DNA from: Phaeosaccion multiseriatum
Lineage: Eukaryota; Protista; Ochrophyta, other classes
NCBI GenBank assembly: GCA_965112735.1
Contig: OZ218964.1
Location: forward strand, 2,294,001 to 2,358,000
Direction: 5' to 3'
Length of the DNA: 64,000 bases
The stretch's first letter is position 1. Each line of letters starts with the position of its first letter. Of this stretch, positions 47,586-60,681 are shown in pieces. The translations under genes were made by a program, and so were the position numbers. A model generated the notes under the pieces. The model did not search any database, was not told where the DNA came from, and saw nothing but the letters and a program-made list of their open reading frames with translations.

Positions 47586-49069
47586 TCAGCCCATCTCCTC
47601 CGCCATGCTCTCCCACGTCTCGCTCCCCACACTCCAGGGCCTCTCCAGCGGCAGGATTCCGCTCTCCTTGCCGAAGGTCGGATCCGTCCTTCGCATGAGG
47701 TCCAGCGCGGTTTGGGACCGGAAGAAGGCTGCTGCCGCCTCCACAATTTGCTGCTCAATGTCCCGGCCGAGCTGATTCCGCCGTGCCCCAGCCAATGCCT
47801 TGTCCACCGAAGCACCGGCCGAGAGGAGCTGCCGCGCTATCCCGTGCTGGTCATTGATGATGGCAACAAGGAGAGGAGTCATACCGTCCGATGCCGGGAT
47901 ATCGATGGGGGATCCCGCAGAGATGAGACGAGCGACGGCGGCCTCGCGCCCATTCTGCGCTGCACGGTAGAGGGGTGAAGCGCCATTGTTGGCCCGCTTG
48001 TCCACATGTGCTCCCGCAGAGAGAAGCTTCTCCACCACGGCGTCGTGCCCTTGCTGACAGGCACTGATAAGAGGAGTCGAACCTTCGAGGTCAGCCTTGT
48101 CGATGCTGGCGTGGGCCCTGATGAGCTGATGTACGATACCCGCATGCCCTTGGAACGATGCCTGCCAAAGCGGAGTAGTCCCGAGAATACCTGCGTTGTT
48201 CACATCCGCTTGGGCTGAGATGAGGTGCCTTACAACAGAGCCATGTCCGTTCGAAGAGGCATACCAAATCGGAGAGAAGCCCTGCTTGTCCGCCAAGTCG
48301 ACGTTAGCGCGCGCCGAGAGCAGCTGCTGCACTGTCGTGGAGTGCCCCCTTTCTGATGCTGCAATCAAGGGAGTAGCGCCTCTGGCATCCGCTTGGTCGA
48401 CAGGGGCTCCAATGTCCAACAACCGCCTCACCACCTGATCGCGTCCGTTGCCGCTAGCTATTATCAATGGCGTGTCTCCGAAGATCCCGCATCTGGTGCG
48501 GAAGGAGGCCCCTTCGCGCAGCAGAAAGTCCATGACATCCAGCCGACCGTGTTGTGCAGCCCTCGACATTGCGGTGTATGCGGTGTATCCTTCTTCGTCG
48601 ACAGGCTGATCCAAACTCGCTTTGCCATGTTTGGCGATGAGCTTCCCAACCACCGCTCTCACATTGGGGAAGCTCTCCCCTCTACGCAGGGCCTGCCCCA
48701 GCTGCTGGGCCTGGAGTTGTTGAGGGCAGCGAATTCGGGGGGGAGAGACGCACATACATCGGATAAAAGGGATCAGTAGGCAGATGCTGTGTGGAGTGTG
48801 TGTGTGGACTGCTTCGATACGTGCGCATCCCACCTCCGGGATCGTATCCGTTACCCCCCCTCCCTTTCCTCTCTCCAGATCTATTTCCTCAAAGTGGGGG
48901 AGAGGCCCATACACCGGATAAAAAGGAAACAGAGAGCTGCCCATTGCGTCGACACGTGAGCATCCCACCGCACAAGGACCCTTTCTATGCTATACTCTTT
49001 CCTAAGGGCATCGTCTTATAGGAGGGCGCTAAGTCGTACCTCGGGCGTTAACGTTGCCTGATGCGCCAT
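47586..49069 (-). CDS. Ankyrin-repeat protein, array copy 1 (8 repeats)
   Basis: Exon 1 49069-49040 (MAHQATLTPE, GT donor), exon 2 48710-47586 (CAG acceptor); eight G-x-T/S-P-L...G-H-type repeats; tail ...WESMAEEMG*. Confidence 0.88.
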
Positions 49070-49289
49070 GGTGAGCAAGCGGCCCCTCCCTTGACACAGT
49101 AGTGCTGACAAGGGGGCTACAGAAGGCCTTCTCCGCGCCTGCTGTGCAGTAGTCGGTCGTTCTGCCTTTTATATGGCCTCCCCATTATTATTATATATTT
49201 TTGTTCTCTTGTCTAAAAGTAACGTCTCCACCGCCCCGGGGGACAAATGTTGATACATTCTGTATTGACTGCTCCAGACAAATGCGCCT

Positions 49290-49545
49290 TGCTGTTCCAT
49301 CAGTCACGATGTCCACCTCCATCTGTTTGGCCACGTGGCTGGGCGTCACCCCTCACGCCGTTGCCCCCCCCTTTCCCTCGTCTCGCGGTGACGGTTCGTT
49401 CCCTCATGAAGGGGAAGCCGATGTTCTGCACTATCCCTCTGCCCAGTCAGGCCCTCGCTCTTCATCAACGCGACAAGTGCCTTCTGCACAGCGTTGGAGG
49501 TCTCTGAAGGCATTGGGTTTGGTGATCCGATTCACAGATCCCGAT
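49290..49545 (-). mobile_element. Internally deleted copy of the non-LTR retrotransposon fragment seen at 63291-63870
   Basis: Near-identical to 63635-63870 and joined to the CTGTTCCATCA segment (63374), so ~250 bp are missing. Confidence 0.55.
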
Positions 49546-50168
49546 CCCAGGGGGGGGGAGTTCCTTGCGTGGGCGAGAGGGCAGAGGCTGTGTTGAGTGC
49601 GCACAGACGCGACCGCGCAGCTGCTGCCTAGATGCGCGGAGCTTGCCTTTGGCTTCCACACGAGCACAACCCCCGCCTAGGACCTGGCGTTCACCTTTAC
49701 AATTGTGTGTTTGGCAGGGCAGTACCCTTCTCCAATAAGATATGACTCTTTGCTGTGCCCGCATGCCCCACCCAGGAAGGAAGCCCTCGGCCTCCATCCA
49801 TCGGGATTACACTCTCTTCCCTTCAAACGAGCTGACCTTCCCTCTCACCCCCCCCCCCCTCAAGCTATACACTTCATCCATTGGTCCCTTAAGCTACACA
49901 CGTGACTCCCCTCCCCCCCGGACCCCCTACCTCCTGCTGTACTCCGCTCCTCTCTGCGACAGAGCATCGCAATCACTTCACCGCTCTTACACCAAGCCAG
50001 TGTGCCGTGGGCTGTCTCTCTCTCTCGCATCGCATCCTCATGTACAGGCTCACTCGCATGGGCTGCATGACTGGCTGGTGCAAGCGAGCAAGCTGGAGCG
50101 GTACTCTTTCGTTGCCAAAGTCGTCACTGCCCCTACCAGCCCCCACCTCGCACATCCCTCCTGCTCGC

Positions 50169-51940
50169 TCAGCCCATCTCCTCCGCCATGCTCTCCCACG
50201 TCTCGCTCCCCACACTCCAGGCCCTCTCCAGCGGCAGGATTCCGCTCTCCTTGCCGAAGGTCGGATCCGTCCTTCGCATGAGGTCCAGCGCGGTTTGGGA
50301 CCGGAAGAAGGCTGCTGCCGCCTCCATAAGTCGCTGCTCGATGTCCCGCCCGAGCTGACACCGCCGTGCCCCAGCCAAGGCCTTGTCCACCGAAGCACCG
50401 GCCGAGAGGAGCTGCCGCGCAGTGCCGTGGTGGTCATTGTAGATGGCAGCAAGGAGAGGAGTCATACCGTTCGATGCCGTGGTATCGATGGGGGATCCCG
50501 CAGAGACGAGACGAGCGACGACGGCCTCGTGCCCACTCTCCGCGGCAAGGTGGAGGGGTGAAGCGCCATTGTTGGCCCGCTTGTCCACATTTGCTCCCGC
50601 TGAGAGAAGCTTCTCCACCACGGCGTCGTGCCCTTTCTCACAGGCAAGGTGAAGAGGAGTAGCACCTTGGAAGTCAGCCTTGTCGATACTGGCGTGGGCG
50701 CTGATGAGCTGCTGTACGATGCCCGCATGCCCATATCGGGATGCCTGGAGAAGCGGAGTAGCCCCGATATTATCTGCGTTGTCCACATCCGCTTGGGCTG
50801 AGATGAGGTGCCATACAATAGATCCATGTCCGTTCTGAGCGGCAAGCCAAATCGGAGAGAAGCCCTGCTTCTCCGCCAAGTCGACGTTAGCGCGCGCCGA
50901 AAGCAGCTGCTGCACTGTCGTGGAGTGCCCCCTATCTGATGCTGCAATCAAGGGAGTAGAACCTTGGAGGTCGGCCTCATCGATGCTGGCGTGGGCCCTG
51001 ATGAGCTGCTGTACGATGCCCGCATGCCCATATCGCGATGCCTGCAGAAGTGGAGTAGTCCCGAGATAACTTGCGTTCACATCCGCTTGGGCTGAGATGA
51101 GGAGCCTTACAACAGAGCTATGTCCGTTCTGAGAGGCCATCCAAATCGGAGAAGAGCCGTCTTCCGCTGCCAAGTCGACGTTAGCACCCGCCGAAAGCAG
51201 CTGGTGCACTGTCGTGGAGTGCCCCCACTCTGATGCTGCAATCAAGGGAGTAAGTCCTCTGGCATCCACTTGGTCGACAGGGGCTCCAATGTCCAACAAC
51301 CGCCTCACCACCTGATCGTGTCCCTCGAAGCTAGATATTATCAATGGCGTTTGTCCGACGAGCTCGCATCTGGTGCGGAAGGAGGCCCCTTCCCGCAGCA
51401 GAAGGTCCATGACATCCAGCCGATCGTATTGTGCAGCCCTATACATTGCGGTATATCCTTCTTCGTCGATAAGCTGATCCAAACTCGCTTTGCCATGTTT
51501 GGCGATGAGCTTCAGAACCACCGCTCTCACATTGCGGAAGCTCTCCCCTCTACGCAGGGCCTGCCCCAGCTGCTGGGCCTGGAGTTGTTGAGGGCAGCGA
51601 ATTCGGGGGGGAAGAGACGCACATGCATAGGATAAAAAGATCAACGGGAAGCTGCTCATTGCTTCGATACGTGCGCATCCCACCTCAGGGATCGTATCCG
51701 AAAAGCCCCCCCTCGCTTGGATCTCTCCGAAACACAGATGTTTCCTCAAAAGCGGGGGAGAGGCGCATACACCGGATGAAAAGGGATCAACGGAGGCGAG
51801 GGCTGCCTGTTGCGTCGACACGTGAGCATCCCCCACCGCAGCTATCGTATCCGCAGAGGGACCTATTCTTTCCGATGGACATCGTCATACAGGAGGGCGC
51901 TAGGTCGTACCTCGGGCGTTAACGTTGCCTGCTGCGCCAT
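50169..51940 (-). CDS. Ankyrin-repeat protein, array copy 2 (11 repeats; repeats 3-5 duplicated)
   Basis: Exon 1 51940-51911 (MAQQATLTPE), exon 2 51578-50169; the HSTTV / SPIW / HAGIVQQ block occurs twice. Confidence 0.88.
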
Positions 51941-52149
51941 GGTGAGCAAGCGGCCCCTCCCTTGAGACGGTAGTGCTGACAAGGGGGCTACAGAAGGCCC
52001 TCTCCCTGCTGCACCTGCCGTGCAGTAGTCGGTCGCTCTGCCTTTTGTATCAGGCCTCCCCGTGATATGTTTAGTTATGGAGGCCTCTGAAGGCATTGGG
52101 TTTGGTGATCCGATTCACAGATCCCGATCCCAGGGGGGGGGGACTTCCT

Positions 52150-55100
52150 GCGAGAGCAAGCAGAGCAGGGGACAAGCAGGAGCAGGAGCCGCTGTATGGA
52201 CTCCTCTCCCTCCCGCGAGACCAGCGGAGCCCATCACCTTCTCCCCCCTTCTCCTGCAGGGCCTGGGAATCAGCACTCCCTCCCCCGGTACGGTTCGGCT
52301 CTTCCAGCACCCCTGGACCGATTCCGAGGGCCTGGCCCCGTGGAGCACCACGAATGCTGAGGTGAGTGGTGGCGACTGCGTGAGGGGTGCGTGAGCGAGC
52401 CAAGCTGTGAGGCCCCTGCTTTCGGCTAGATACAGCCTCACCTCCTCTTTAGGAGAGCTCCACTCGCCCACTCGCTTCCTCTCCCCCGCCCACCCCACCT
52501 CCCATACCCCATATCCCACACACCCACAGCCGCTCAAACTCGTTCATTCTCCGGGAAGACAGGAGCTCCGCGTCGTCAGCGGGAGAAGGAAAGGGAGAAG
52601 GAGACGGGGTGGGTAGCCGCATGCTGTCGCGAGGAGAGCATGTAGACGAATTTGAAACCGAACTCGATGCCGATGCCGATGTCAATGTCGATGTCGAAAA
52701 CGCACCCCTGGGGGAAGCAGGTGTTGAGGGATTCTCCTCCTCCGTCTCCTCTTCCTCCCACGCGGCCTTGTTGCAGCGCATGGGTCTCGCGATACCCAAC
52801 TTTGACCGTGTGCAGCAGTATGAAGACCTGCAGCGGGAGCTGGAGATGCTCAGGGGGGAGGAGGAGAAGGACTAGCTACGCAGGAGGAGGGAGGACCCGA
52901 GCGACTAGAGGGCAGGGCTCTAGGCGGGGACAGACGACTCGGCCTGCCAGCACTCGGCCTCGGATGGAGGGGGGCGCCGGGCAGACCCAGGGGGGGCAGG
53001 GTGAGCAGGTACGGAAGGAAGCAAGTGGCTGTAGATGAAAGTTGAGGGCTGAAGGCTGAATGACAGTATGACAGCAGCTGTCAAGGCCGAGTGGGGATGA
53101 AAGGGGGGTCGGTACCAGGATGTTGGGGGGGCAAAGACGCAAAGGCGCCAAGGTGGATGATCAACAATTGAGTCCTTTTCGCCCTTCTTTCTCTGTGTCC
53201 CTCGCTCTGTCGCTCTGGCTCTCTTTTATCTCTCCCTCTCTCTCTCCCTCCTTTCCACCCTCCCCCTCCGTCTACTCGTGGGCCACAGACGCGAACACCG
53301 CTCTGCTTCGACAGCAGGCCAGGCAGCGCTCGCAGCGCCCGCGTCATGAAGAGGCGGAACGAACAGCGGCAGCAGCAGGGCAGAGGGGGCAAGGGCGGCA
53401 GAGAGGGAGGGCTGCTGATGCGGGGGGCGGTGGCAGTTCTGCAGCAAGAGCGGCACTCCGGCCAAGCCTCTGCGGTGAGGGAGGGGAGGGAGGGAGGAAG
53501 AGACTTGGTGATACAGAGGGAGGGAGTGAGCGAGTGCGAGAGAGCGGGGGTGAAAGTGCGAGGGAGTTAAATTGGTGCAGGAGGCAGTGAGGGAGCGAGA
53601 GCGGGGGGGGGGGGGGGGAGGAAGAAGGGTAGCAGCGCCGCCAGCATGGCAGTGAGGTCTCGCAACAGAGAAGACAGCGACGTGTGTATTGAATGAGTAA
53701 TTGATGCCCTCGCACCCCGTACCCGGTCCCACTCTTGCTCTGCTGCTCTGCGGCTCTGCCGCACCATTCATGTCTGCTCAATCCTGCTCCACACGGTTCT
53801 ACACCCCTCCTTTCTACTCCCCATCTCTCGTCCCAAAGGCCAAGCTTCGGAATCGTCGGGAGAAGCAGCAGCAGCGGCGAGCAGAGGCCATCGCAATGAC
53901 AGGCGTGGTTGGATCCAGCACGGCCAGGGAAGGAGCAAGGACAGTGATGGCTGCTGCTGCTGTACCACCAACAGTTGTATCTCGAGACGATGTGCTAGAG
54001 TGGGATACGCAGATGGAGATGGCACTGAACAGGAGGGCAGAGCTCGTCGAGGGCGGCAGGATGTTCGCCGTCAATGGAAGGTGAGGGGGGAGGAGGGAGG
54101 AAGGGGTGAGGGAGGGAGGGAGGGAGGGAGATGGCAGAGGATGGAGTATGCTATGGATCCAACGCACAAGGAGAGGGACCGACGAAACGATGGGGTGACT
54201 CCCCGCAGCACGGTGGTGCGCTCTGCTCTACCCCTAATGACATATGCTTCCTCCCTGCCTCCTTTCTTCCTTTCTTCATTCTTTCATTCCTTCCTTCCTT
54301 CCTTCCTTCCTTCCTTCCTTCCTTCCTTCCTTCCTTCCTTCCTTCCTTCCTTCCTTCCTTCCTTCCTTCCTTCCTTCCTTCCTTCCTTCCTTCCTGCCTT
54401 CCTTCCTTCCTTCCTTCCTTCCTTCCTTCCTTCCTTCCACTCATTGACTTAGCGTTCACTCTGACGACCTCCCCTCCCCTCTCTTCTCTCTCTCTCTCCA
54501 CCCTCTCCTCCCTCTCCTCCCCCTCCCCGCTGTCCACCCTTTCTCCCGTTTCTCCCCTGCTGCCAGGGAACAAGTACGCATCATCGAAGATCCTTCGCCG
54601 CCACCACCGGAGCGTCTTCCTTGCACAGAGACCGTTCCAGATCGGTACAACACCTTCGACCCGCCCCCTTGGAGTCAACGCGGAGCGGTCTGCGATCGTT
54701 CCGGGCCTCGCGATCCCCCGGGGTGGAGGGGAGGGGGCGGGAGGAGGATACGTTGGGTGGAGCGCCAGGGGGAGGGGGGAGCATGAGCCATCGGAGCGTT
54801 CTCAATCTCGCCATGGGGGGGGGGGGGAGAAGCTCTGTCTATGGCTCCAACACTCAAGAGGAGGAGGAGGAGGAGGAGGGCGTCACAAATGGCTTCAGTA
54901 CCACCACACCAGGAGGGGGAGAGGGGGCTGGGAGGGGAGGGCAAGGTATTGGACTTGGGTATCAGCAGAGGCCCATTGGAAGCCCCGTCACAGGGACGGG
55001 CAGGAGAGAAGGAGGAGGTGTCAGTGGTGGTAGTGGTGGTGGTGGCGGGGTTGGTGTTAGGCCGGAGTCAGCCCCTGTGAGTCGGGGGGGGGGGGGGGAA

Positions 55101-55190
55101 GGCGGGGGTAGTGGGGGAGAGGAGGGAGACACGCCGCGAGGGAGGGTAGCAGGAGAAGGGGCAAGAGGAGGAGTAGGAGGAAGAGGATGA
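52150..55190 (+). pseudogene. Co-duplicated multi-exon hypothetical gene, copy A (probably disrupted)
   Basis: Coding-like segments (DEFETELDAD..., YEDLQRELEMLRGEEEK, AKLRNRREKQQQRRAE..., EMALNRRAELVEGGRMFAVNG|GT) bounded by splice-like sites; TAG at ~52873 where copy B reads through. Confidence 0.45.
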
Positions 55191-56150
55191 GGAAGTGGAG
55201 GAAGAGGCAGGCACGGCAGGTAGACGGGGAACCCATCCTCACTCCCTCACTCACCCACTCACTCATGCACCAAGTATTCACTTTCTAGCTCTATTCTATA
55301 AGCGAAGTCCAGAGAGCAAATGCAATACACATGCTTCTGCAAGGTCGAGAGGCAAGCAGCAAGATTCACAGATGGATACAATTGCGGTACTCCGTATCCA
55401 CTGCCTCCCCGCTACTCTCTTCCGTCCGCTGGGAAACAGGGCTCACCCGTACGCTTCTTTCTGATCCCCACTTGATATTGCCGAGGGGGCAGAAATAGAG
55501 ACCAAGAAGTAGCAGAGCACTGGGGAAGTCACTGAGTACTAGCTTATCTCGTTAGGTTACGTAATCTTTCGTAATTGCAAAGTGTTTCATCAGTCACTGA
55601 GTACGCATAGACTCGATTGGGCGGAGCTTGCCTTTGGCCTCCACACGAGCACAACCCCCGCCTAGGACCTGGCGTTCACCTTCACCACTCTGTGTTTAGC
55701 AGGGCAGTACCCTTCTCTAATAATCTATGACTACTTGCTGTGCCCGCATGCCCCACCCAGGAAGGAAGCCCTCGGCCTCTATCCATCGGGATTACACTCT
55801 CCCCCCTCTAAATGAGCTGACCTTCCCTCTCACCCCCCCCCCCCTCAAGCTATACACTTCATCCATTGGTCCCATAAGCTACACACGTCACTCCCCTCCC
55901 CCCCGGACCCCCTTCCTCCTGCGGTACTCTGACTCCTCTCTGCGACAGAGCATCGCAATCACTTCACCGCTCTTACACCAAGCCAGTGTGCCGTGGGCTG
56001 TCTCTCTCGCATCGCATCCTGATGTACAGGCTCACTCGCATGGGCTGCATGACTGGCTGGTGCAAGCGAGCAAGCTGGAGCGGTACTCTTTCGTTGCCAA
56101 AGTCCTCGTTGCCCCTTCCAGCCCCCACCTCGCACATCCCTCCTACTCGC

Positions 56151-57628
56151 TCAGCCCATCTCCTCCGCCATGCTCTCCCACGTCTCGCTCCCCACACCCC
56201 AGGGCCTCTCCAGCGGCAGGATTCCGCTCTCCTTGCCGAAGGTCGGATCCGTCCTTCGCATGAGGTCCAGCGCGGTTTGGGACCGGAAGAAGGCTGCTGC
56301 CGCCTCCAGAAGTCGCTGCTCAATGTCCCGGCCGAGCTGACACCGCCGTGCCCCAGCCAAGGCCTTGTCCACCGAAGCACCGGCCGAGAGGAGCTGCCGC
56401 GCAGTCCCGTGGTGGTCTCTGAAGATGGCATAAAGGAGAGGGGTGCCACCGTGTGATGCCGTGACATCGATGGGGGATCCCGCAGAGACGAGACGAGCGA
56501 CGACGGCCTCGTGCCCACTCTCCGCGGCAAGGTGGAGGGGTGAAGCGCCGAAGTTGGTTCGTTTGTCCACACGTGCTCCCGCTGAGAGAAGCTTCTCCAC
56601 CACGGCGTCGTGCCCGTCGTTACAGGCAACGTGAAGAGGAGTGACACCTTCGAGGCTAGCCTTGTCGATACTGGCGTGGGCCCTGATGAGCTGCTGTACG
56701 ATACCCGCATGCCCATTAATCGATGCCTTCGAAAGCGGAGTAATCCCGAGATTACTTGCGTTGTTCACATCCGCTTGGGCTGAGATGAGGAGCCTAACAA
56801 CAGAGCCATATCCGTTCTGAGAGGCCACCCAAATCGGAGAAAGCCCCCTTTTGTCGGCCAAGTCGACACTAGCACGCGCCGAGAGCAGCTCCTGCACTGT
56901 CGTGGAGTGCCCCCTTTCTGATGCTGCAATCAAGGGAGTAGCGCCTGTGGCATCCACTTGGTCGACAGGGGCTCCAATGTCCAACAGCCGCCTCACCACC
57001 TGATGGCGTCCGTTGCCGCTAGCGGCTATTAATGGCGTGTGTCCGACGAGCCCGCATCTGGTGCGGAAGGAGGCCCCTTCCCGCAGTAGCAGGTCCATGA
57101 CATCCAGCCGACCGTATTGTGCAGCCCTACACATTACGGTATATCCTTCTTCGTCGATAAGCTGATCCAAACTCGCTTTGCCATGTTTGGCGATGAGCTT
57201 CAGAACCACCGCTCTCACATTGCGGAAGCTCTCCCCTCTACGCAGGGCCTGCCCCAGCTGCTGGGCCTGGAGTTGTTGAGGGCAGCGAATTCGGGGGGGA
57301 AGAGACGCACATGCATAGGATAAAAAGATCAACGGGAAGCTGCTCATTGCTTCGATACGTGCGCATCCCACCTCAGGGATCGTATCCGAAAAGCCCCCCC
57401 TCGCTTGGATCTCTCCGAAACACAGATGTTTCCTCAAAAGCGGGGGAGAGGCGCATACACCGGATGAAAAGGGATCAACGGAGGCGAGGGCTGCCTGTTG
57501 CGTCGACACGTGAGCATCCCCCACCGCAGCTATCGTATCCGCAGAGGGACCTATTCTTTCCGATGGACATCGTCATACAGGAGGGCGCTAGGTCGTACCT
57601 CGAGCGTTAACGTTGCCTGCTGCGCCAT
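56151..57628 (-). CDS. Ankyrin-repeat protein, array copy 3 (8 repeats)
   Basis: Exon 1 57628-57599 (MAQQATLTLE), exon 2 57266-56151. Confidence 0.88.
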
Positions 57629-57839
57629 GGTGAGCAAGCGGCCCCTCCCTTGAGACGGTGGTAGTGCTGACAAGGGGGCTGCAGAAGGCCCTCTCCCTGC
57701 TGCACCTGCCGTGCAGTAGTCGGTCGCTCTGCCTTTTGTATCAGGCCTCCCCGTGATATGTTTAGTTATGGAGGCCTCTGAAGGCATTGGGTTTGGTGAT
57801 CCGATTCACAGATCCCGATCCCAGGGGGGGGGGACTTCC

Positions 57840-60681
57840 TGCGAGAGCAAGCAGAGCAGGGGACAGGAGCAGGAGCCGCTGTATGGACTCCTCTCCCTCC
57901 CGCGAGACCAGCGGAGCCCATCACCTTCTCCCCCCTTCTCCTGCAGGGCCTGGGAATCAGCACTCCCTCCCTCGGTACGGCTCGGCTCTTCCAGCACCCC
58001 TGGACCGATTCCGAGGGCCTGGCCCCGTGGTGCACCACGAATGCTGAGGTGAGTGGTGGCGACTGCGTGAGGGGTACGTGAGCGAGCCAAGCTGTGAGGC
58101 CCCTGCTTTCGGCTAGATACAGCCTAACCACCTTCTAGGAGAGCTCCACTCGCCCACTCGCTTCCCCTCCCCCGCCCACCCCACCTCCCATACCCCATAT
58201 CCCACACCCCCACAGCCGCTCAAACTCGTTCATTCTCCGGGCAGACAGGAGCTCCGCGTCGTCAGCGGGAGAAGGAAAGGGAGAAGGAGACGGGGTGGGT
58301 AGCCGCATGCTGTCGCGAGGAGAGCATGTAGACGAATTTGAAACCGAACTCGATGCCGATGCCGATGTCAATGTCGATGTCGAAAACGCACCCCTGGGGG
58401 AAGCAGGTGTTGAGGGATTCTCCTTCTTCCTTCTCTCCTCCCACGCGGCCTTATTGCAGCGCATGGGTCTCGCGATACCCAACTTTGGCCATGTGCAGCA
58501 GTATGAAGACCTGCAGCGGGAGCTGGAGATGCTCAGGGGGGAGGAGGAGAAGCACTACGCAGGAGGAGGGAGGACCCGAGCCACTAGAGGGGAGGGCTCT
58601 AGGCGGGGACAGACGACTCGGCCTGCCAGCGCTCGGCCTCGGATGGAGGGGGGCGCCGGGCAGACCCAGGGGGGCAGGGTGAGCAGGTACGGAAGGAAGC
58701 AAGTGGCTGTAGATGAAAGCTGAGGGCTGAAGGCTGAATGACAGCATGACAGCAGCTGTCAAGGCCGAGTGGGGATGAAGGGGGGTCGGTACCAGGATGT
58801 TGGGGGGGCAAAGACGCAAAGGCGCGAAGGTGGATGATCAACAATTGAGTCCTCTTCGCCCTTCTTTCTCTCCGTCCCTTTCTCTCTGTCTCTCTGGCTC
58901 TCTTTTATCTCTCCCTCTCTCTCTTCCGCCCCCCCTTCCCCTCCCTCTGTCCGTGGGCCACAGACGCGTACACCGCTCTGCTTCGACAGCAGGCCAGGCA
59001 GCGCTCGCAGCGCCCGCGCCATGAAAAGGCGGAACGAACAGCGGCAGCAGCAGCGCAGAGGGGGAAAGGGCGGCAGAGAAGGAGGGCTGCTGATGCGGGG
59101 GGCGGTGGCAGTTCTGCAGCAACAGCGGCACTCCGGCCAAGCCTCTGAGGGAGGGAAGGGAGGGAGGGAGGGAGTTGGTGATACAGAGGAAGGGAGTGAG
59201 CGAGTGCGAGAGAGCGGGGTAAGCAGACCGAGATGGCACTGGACAGGAGGGCAGAGCTCGTCGAGGGCGGCAGGATGATCGCCGTCAATGGAAGGTGAGG
59301 GGGGAGGAGGGGTGAAGGGGTGAGGGAGGAGGGGAGGGGTAAGGGAGGGAGGGAGGAAGGGGGTGAGGGAGATGATAGAGGGTAGAGTATGCTACAGATA
59401 GAACGCAGGAGGGAGTGGAGCGACGAAACGATGGGGCGACTCCCCGCAGCACGGTGGTGCGCTCTGCTCTACCCCTCTTGACATATGCTTCCTCCCTGCC
59501 TCCTTCCTTCCTTCCTTCCTTCCTTCCTTCCATCCTTCCTTCCTTCCTTCCTTCCTTCCTTCCTTCCTTCCTTCCTTCCTTCCTTCCTTCCTTCCTTCCT
59601 TCCTTCCTTCCTTCCTTCCTTCCTTCCTTCCTTCCTTCCTTCCTTCCTTCCTTCCTCCCTCCCTCCCTCCCTCCCTCCCTTCCCTCCTTCCTTCCTTCTT
59701 TCCTTCCTACCTTCCTTCCTTCCTCCCTCCCTCCCGTCCTCCCGTCCTCCCTTCCTCCCTCCCTTCCTTCCTTCCTTCCTTCCTTCCTTCCTTCCTTCCT
59801 TCCTTCCTTCCTTCCTTCCTTCCTTCCTTCCTTCCTTCCTTCCTTCCTTCCTTCCTTCCTTCCTTCCTTCCTGCCTTCCTTCCTTCCTTCCTTCCTCCTT
59901 TCCTACTTCCTTTCCTTCCACTCATTGACTTAGCAGTCGCTCTCACGACCTCCTCCCATCCTCTCTTCTCTCTCTCTCCACTCTCTCCATCCTCTCCTCC
60001 CCCTCCCCTCTGTCCACCCTTTCTCCCCTGCTGCCAGAGCAAGTACGCATCATCGAAGAAGATCCTTCTGCCGCCGCCACCGGATCGCCTTCCTTGCACA
60101 GAGACCGTTCCAGATCGGTACAACAGCTTCGACCCGCCCCCTTGGACGCAATGCGGAGCCGTCTGCGATCGTTCCGGGCCTCGCGATCCCCCCGGGGCGG
60201 AGGGGAGGGGGCGGGAGGAGGATGCGTTGGGTGGAGGGCCAGGGGGGGAGGGGAGCATGAGCCATCGGAGCGTTCTCAGCCTCGCCATTGGGGAGGGGGG
60301 GAGGGGAAGCTCTGTCTATGGCTCAAACACTCAGGAGGAGGAGGAGGAGGAGGGGGGCGTCACAAATGGCTTCAGTACCACCACACCAGGAGAGGGAGAG
60401 GGGGCTGGGAGGGGAGGGCAAGGTATTGGACTTGGGGATCAGCAGAGGCCCATTGGAAGCCCCGTCACAGGGACGGGCAGGAGAGAGGAGGAGGAGGTAT
60501 CATTGGTGGTAGTGGTGGTGGTGGCGGGGTTGGTGTTAGGCCAGAGTCAGCCCCTGTGAGTCGGGGGGGGAGGGAAGGCGGGGGTAGCGGGGGAGAGGAG
60601 GGAGGGACACCGCGAGCGAGGGTAGCAGGAGGAGGGGCAAGAGGAGGAGTAGGAGGAAGAGGACGAGGAAGTGGAGGATGA
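57840..60681 (+). pseudogene. Co-duplicated multi-exon hypothetical gene, copy B (probably disrupted)
   Basis: Homologous to 52150-55190 but lacks ~450 bp corresponding to ~53550-54010 (junction near 59220) and carries further indels. Confidence 0.45.

Noticed and set aside
48711-48968. N-terminal extensions of the ankyrin ORFs as given in the ORF track (also 51579-51836, 57267-57524, 62782-63042)
   Set aside because: The ORFs use non-ATG starts and lie between a conserved GT donor after a 10-codon ATG exon and a CAG acceptor; interpreted as intron 1.
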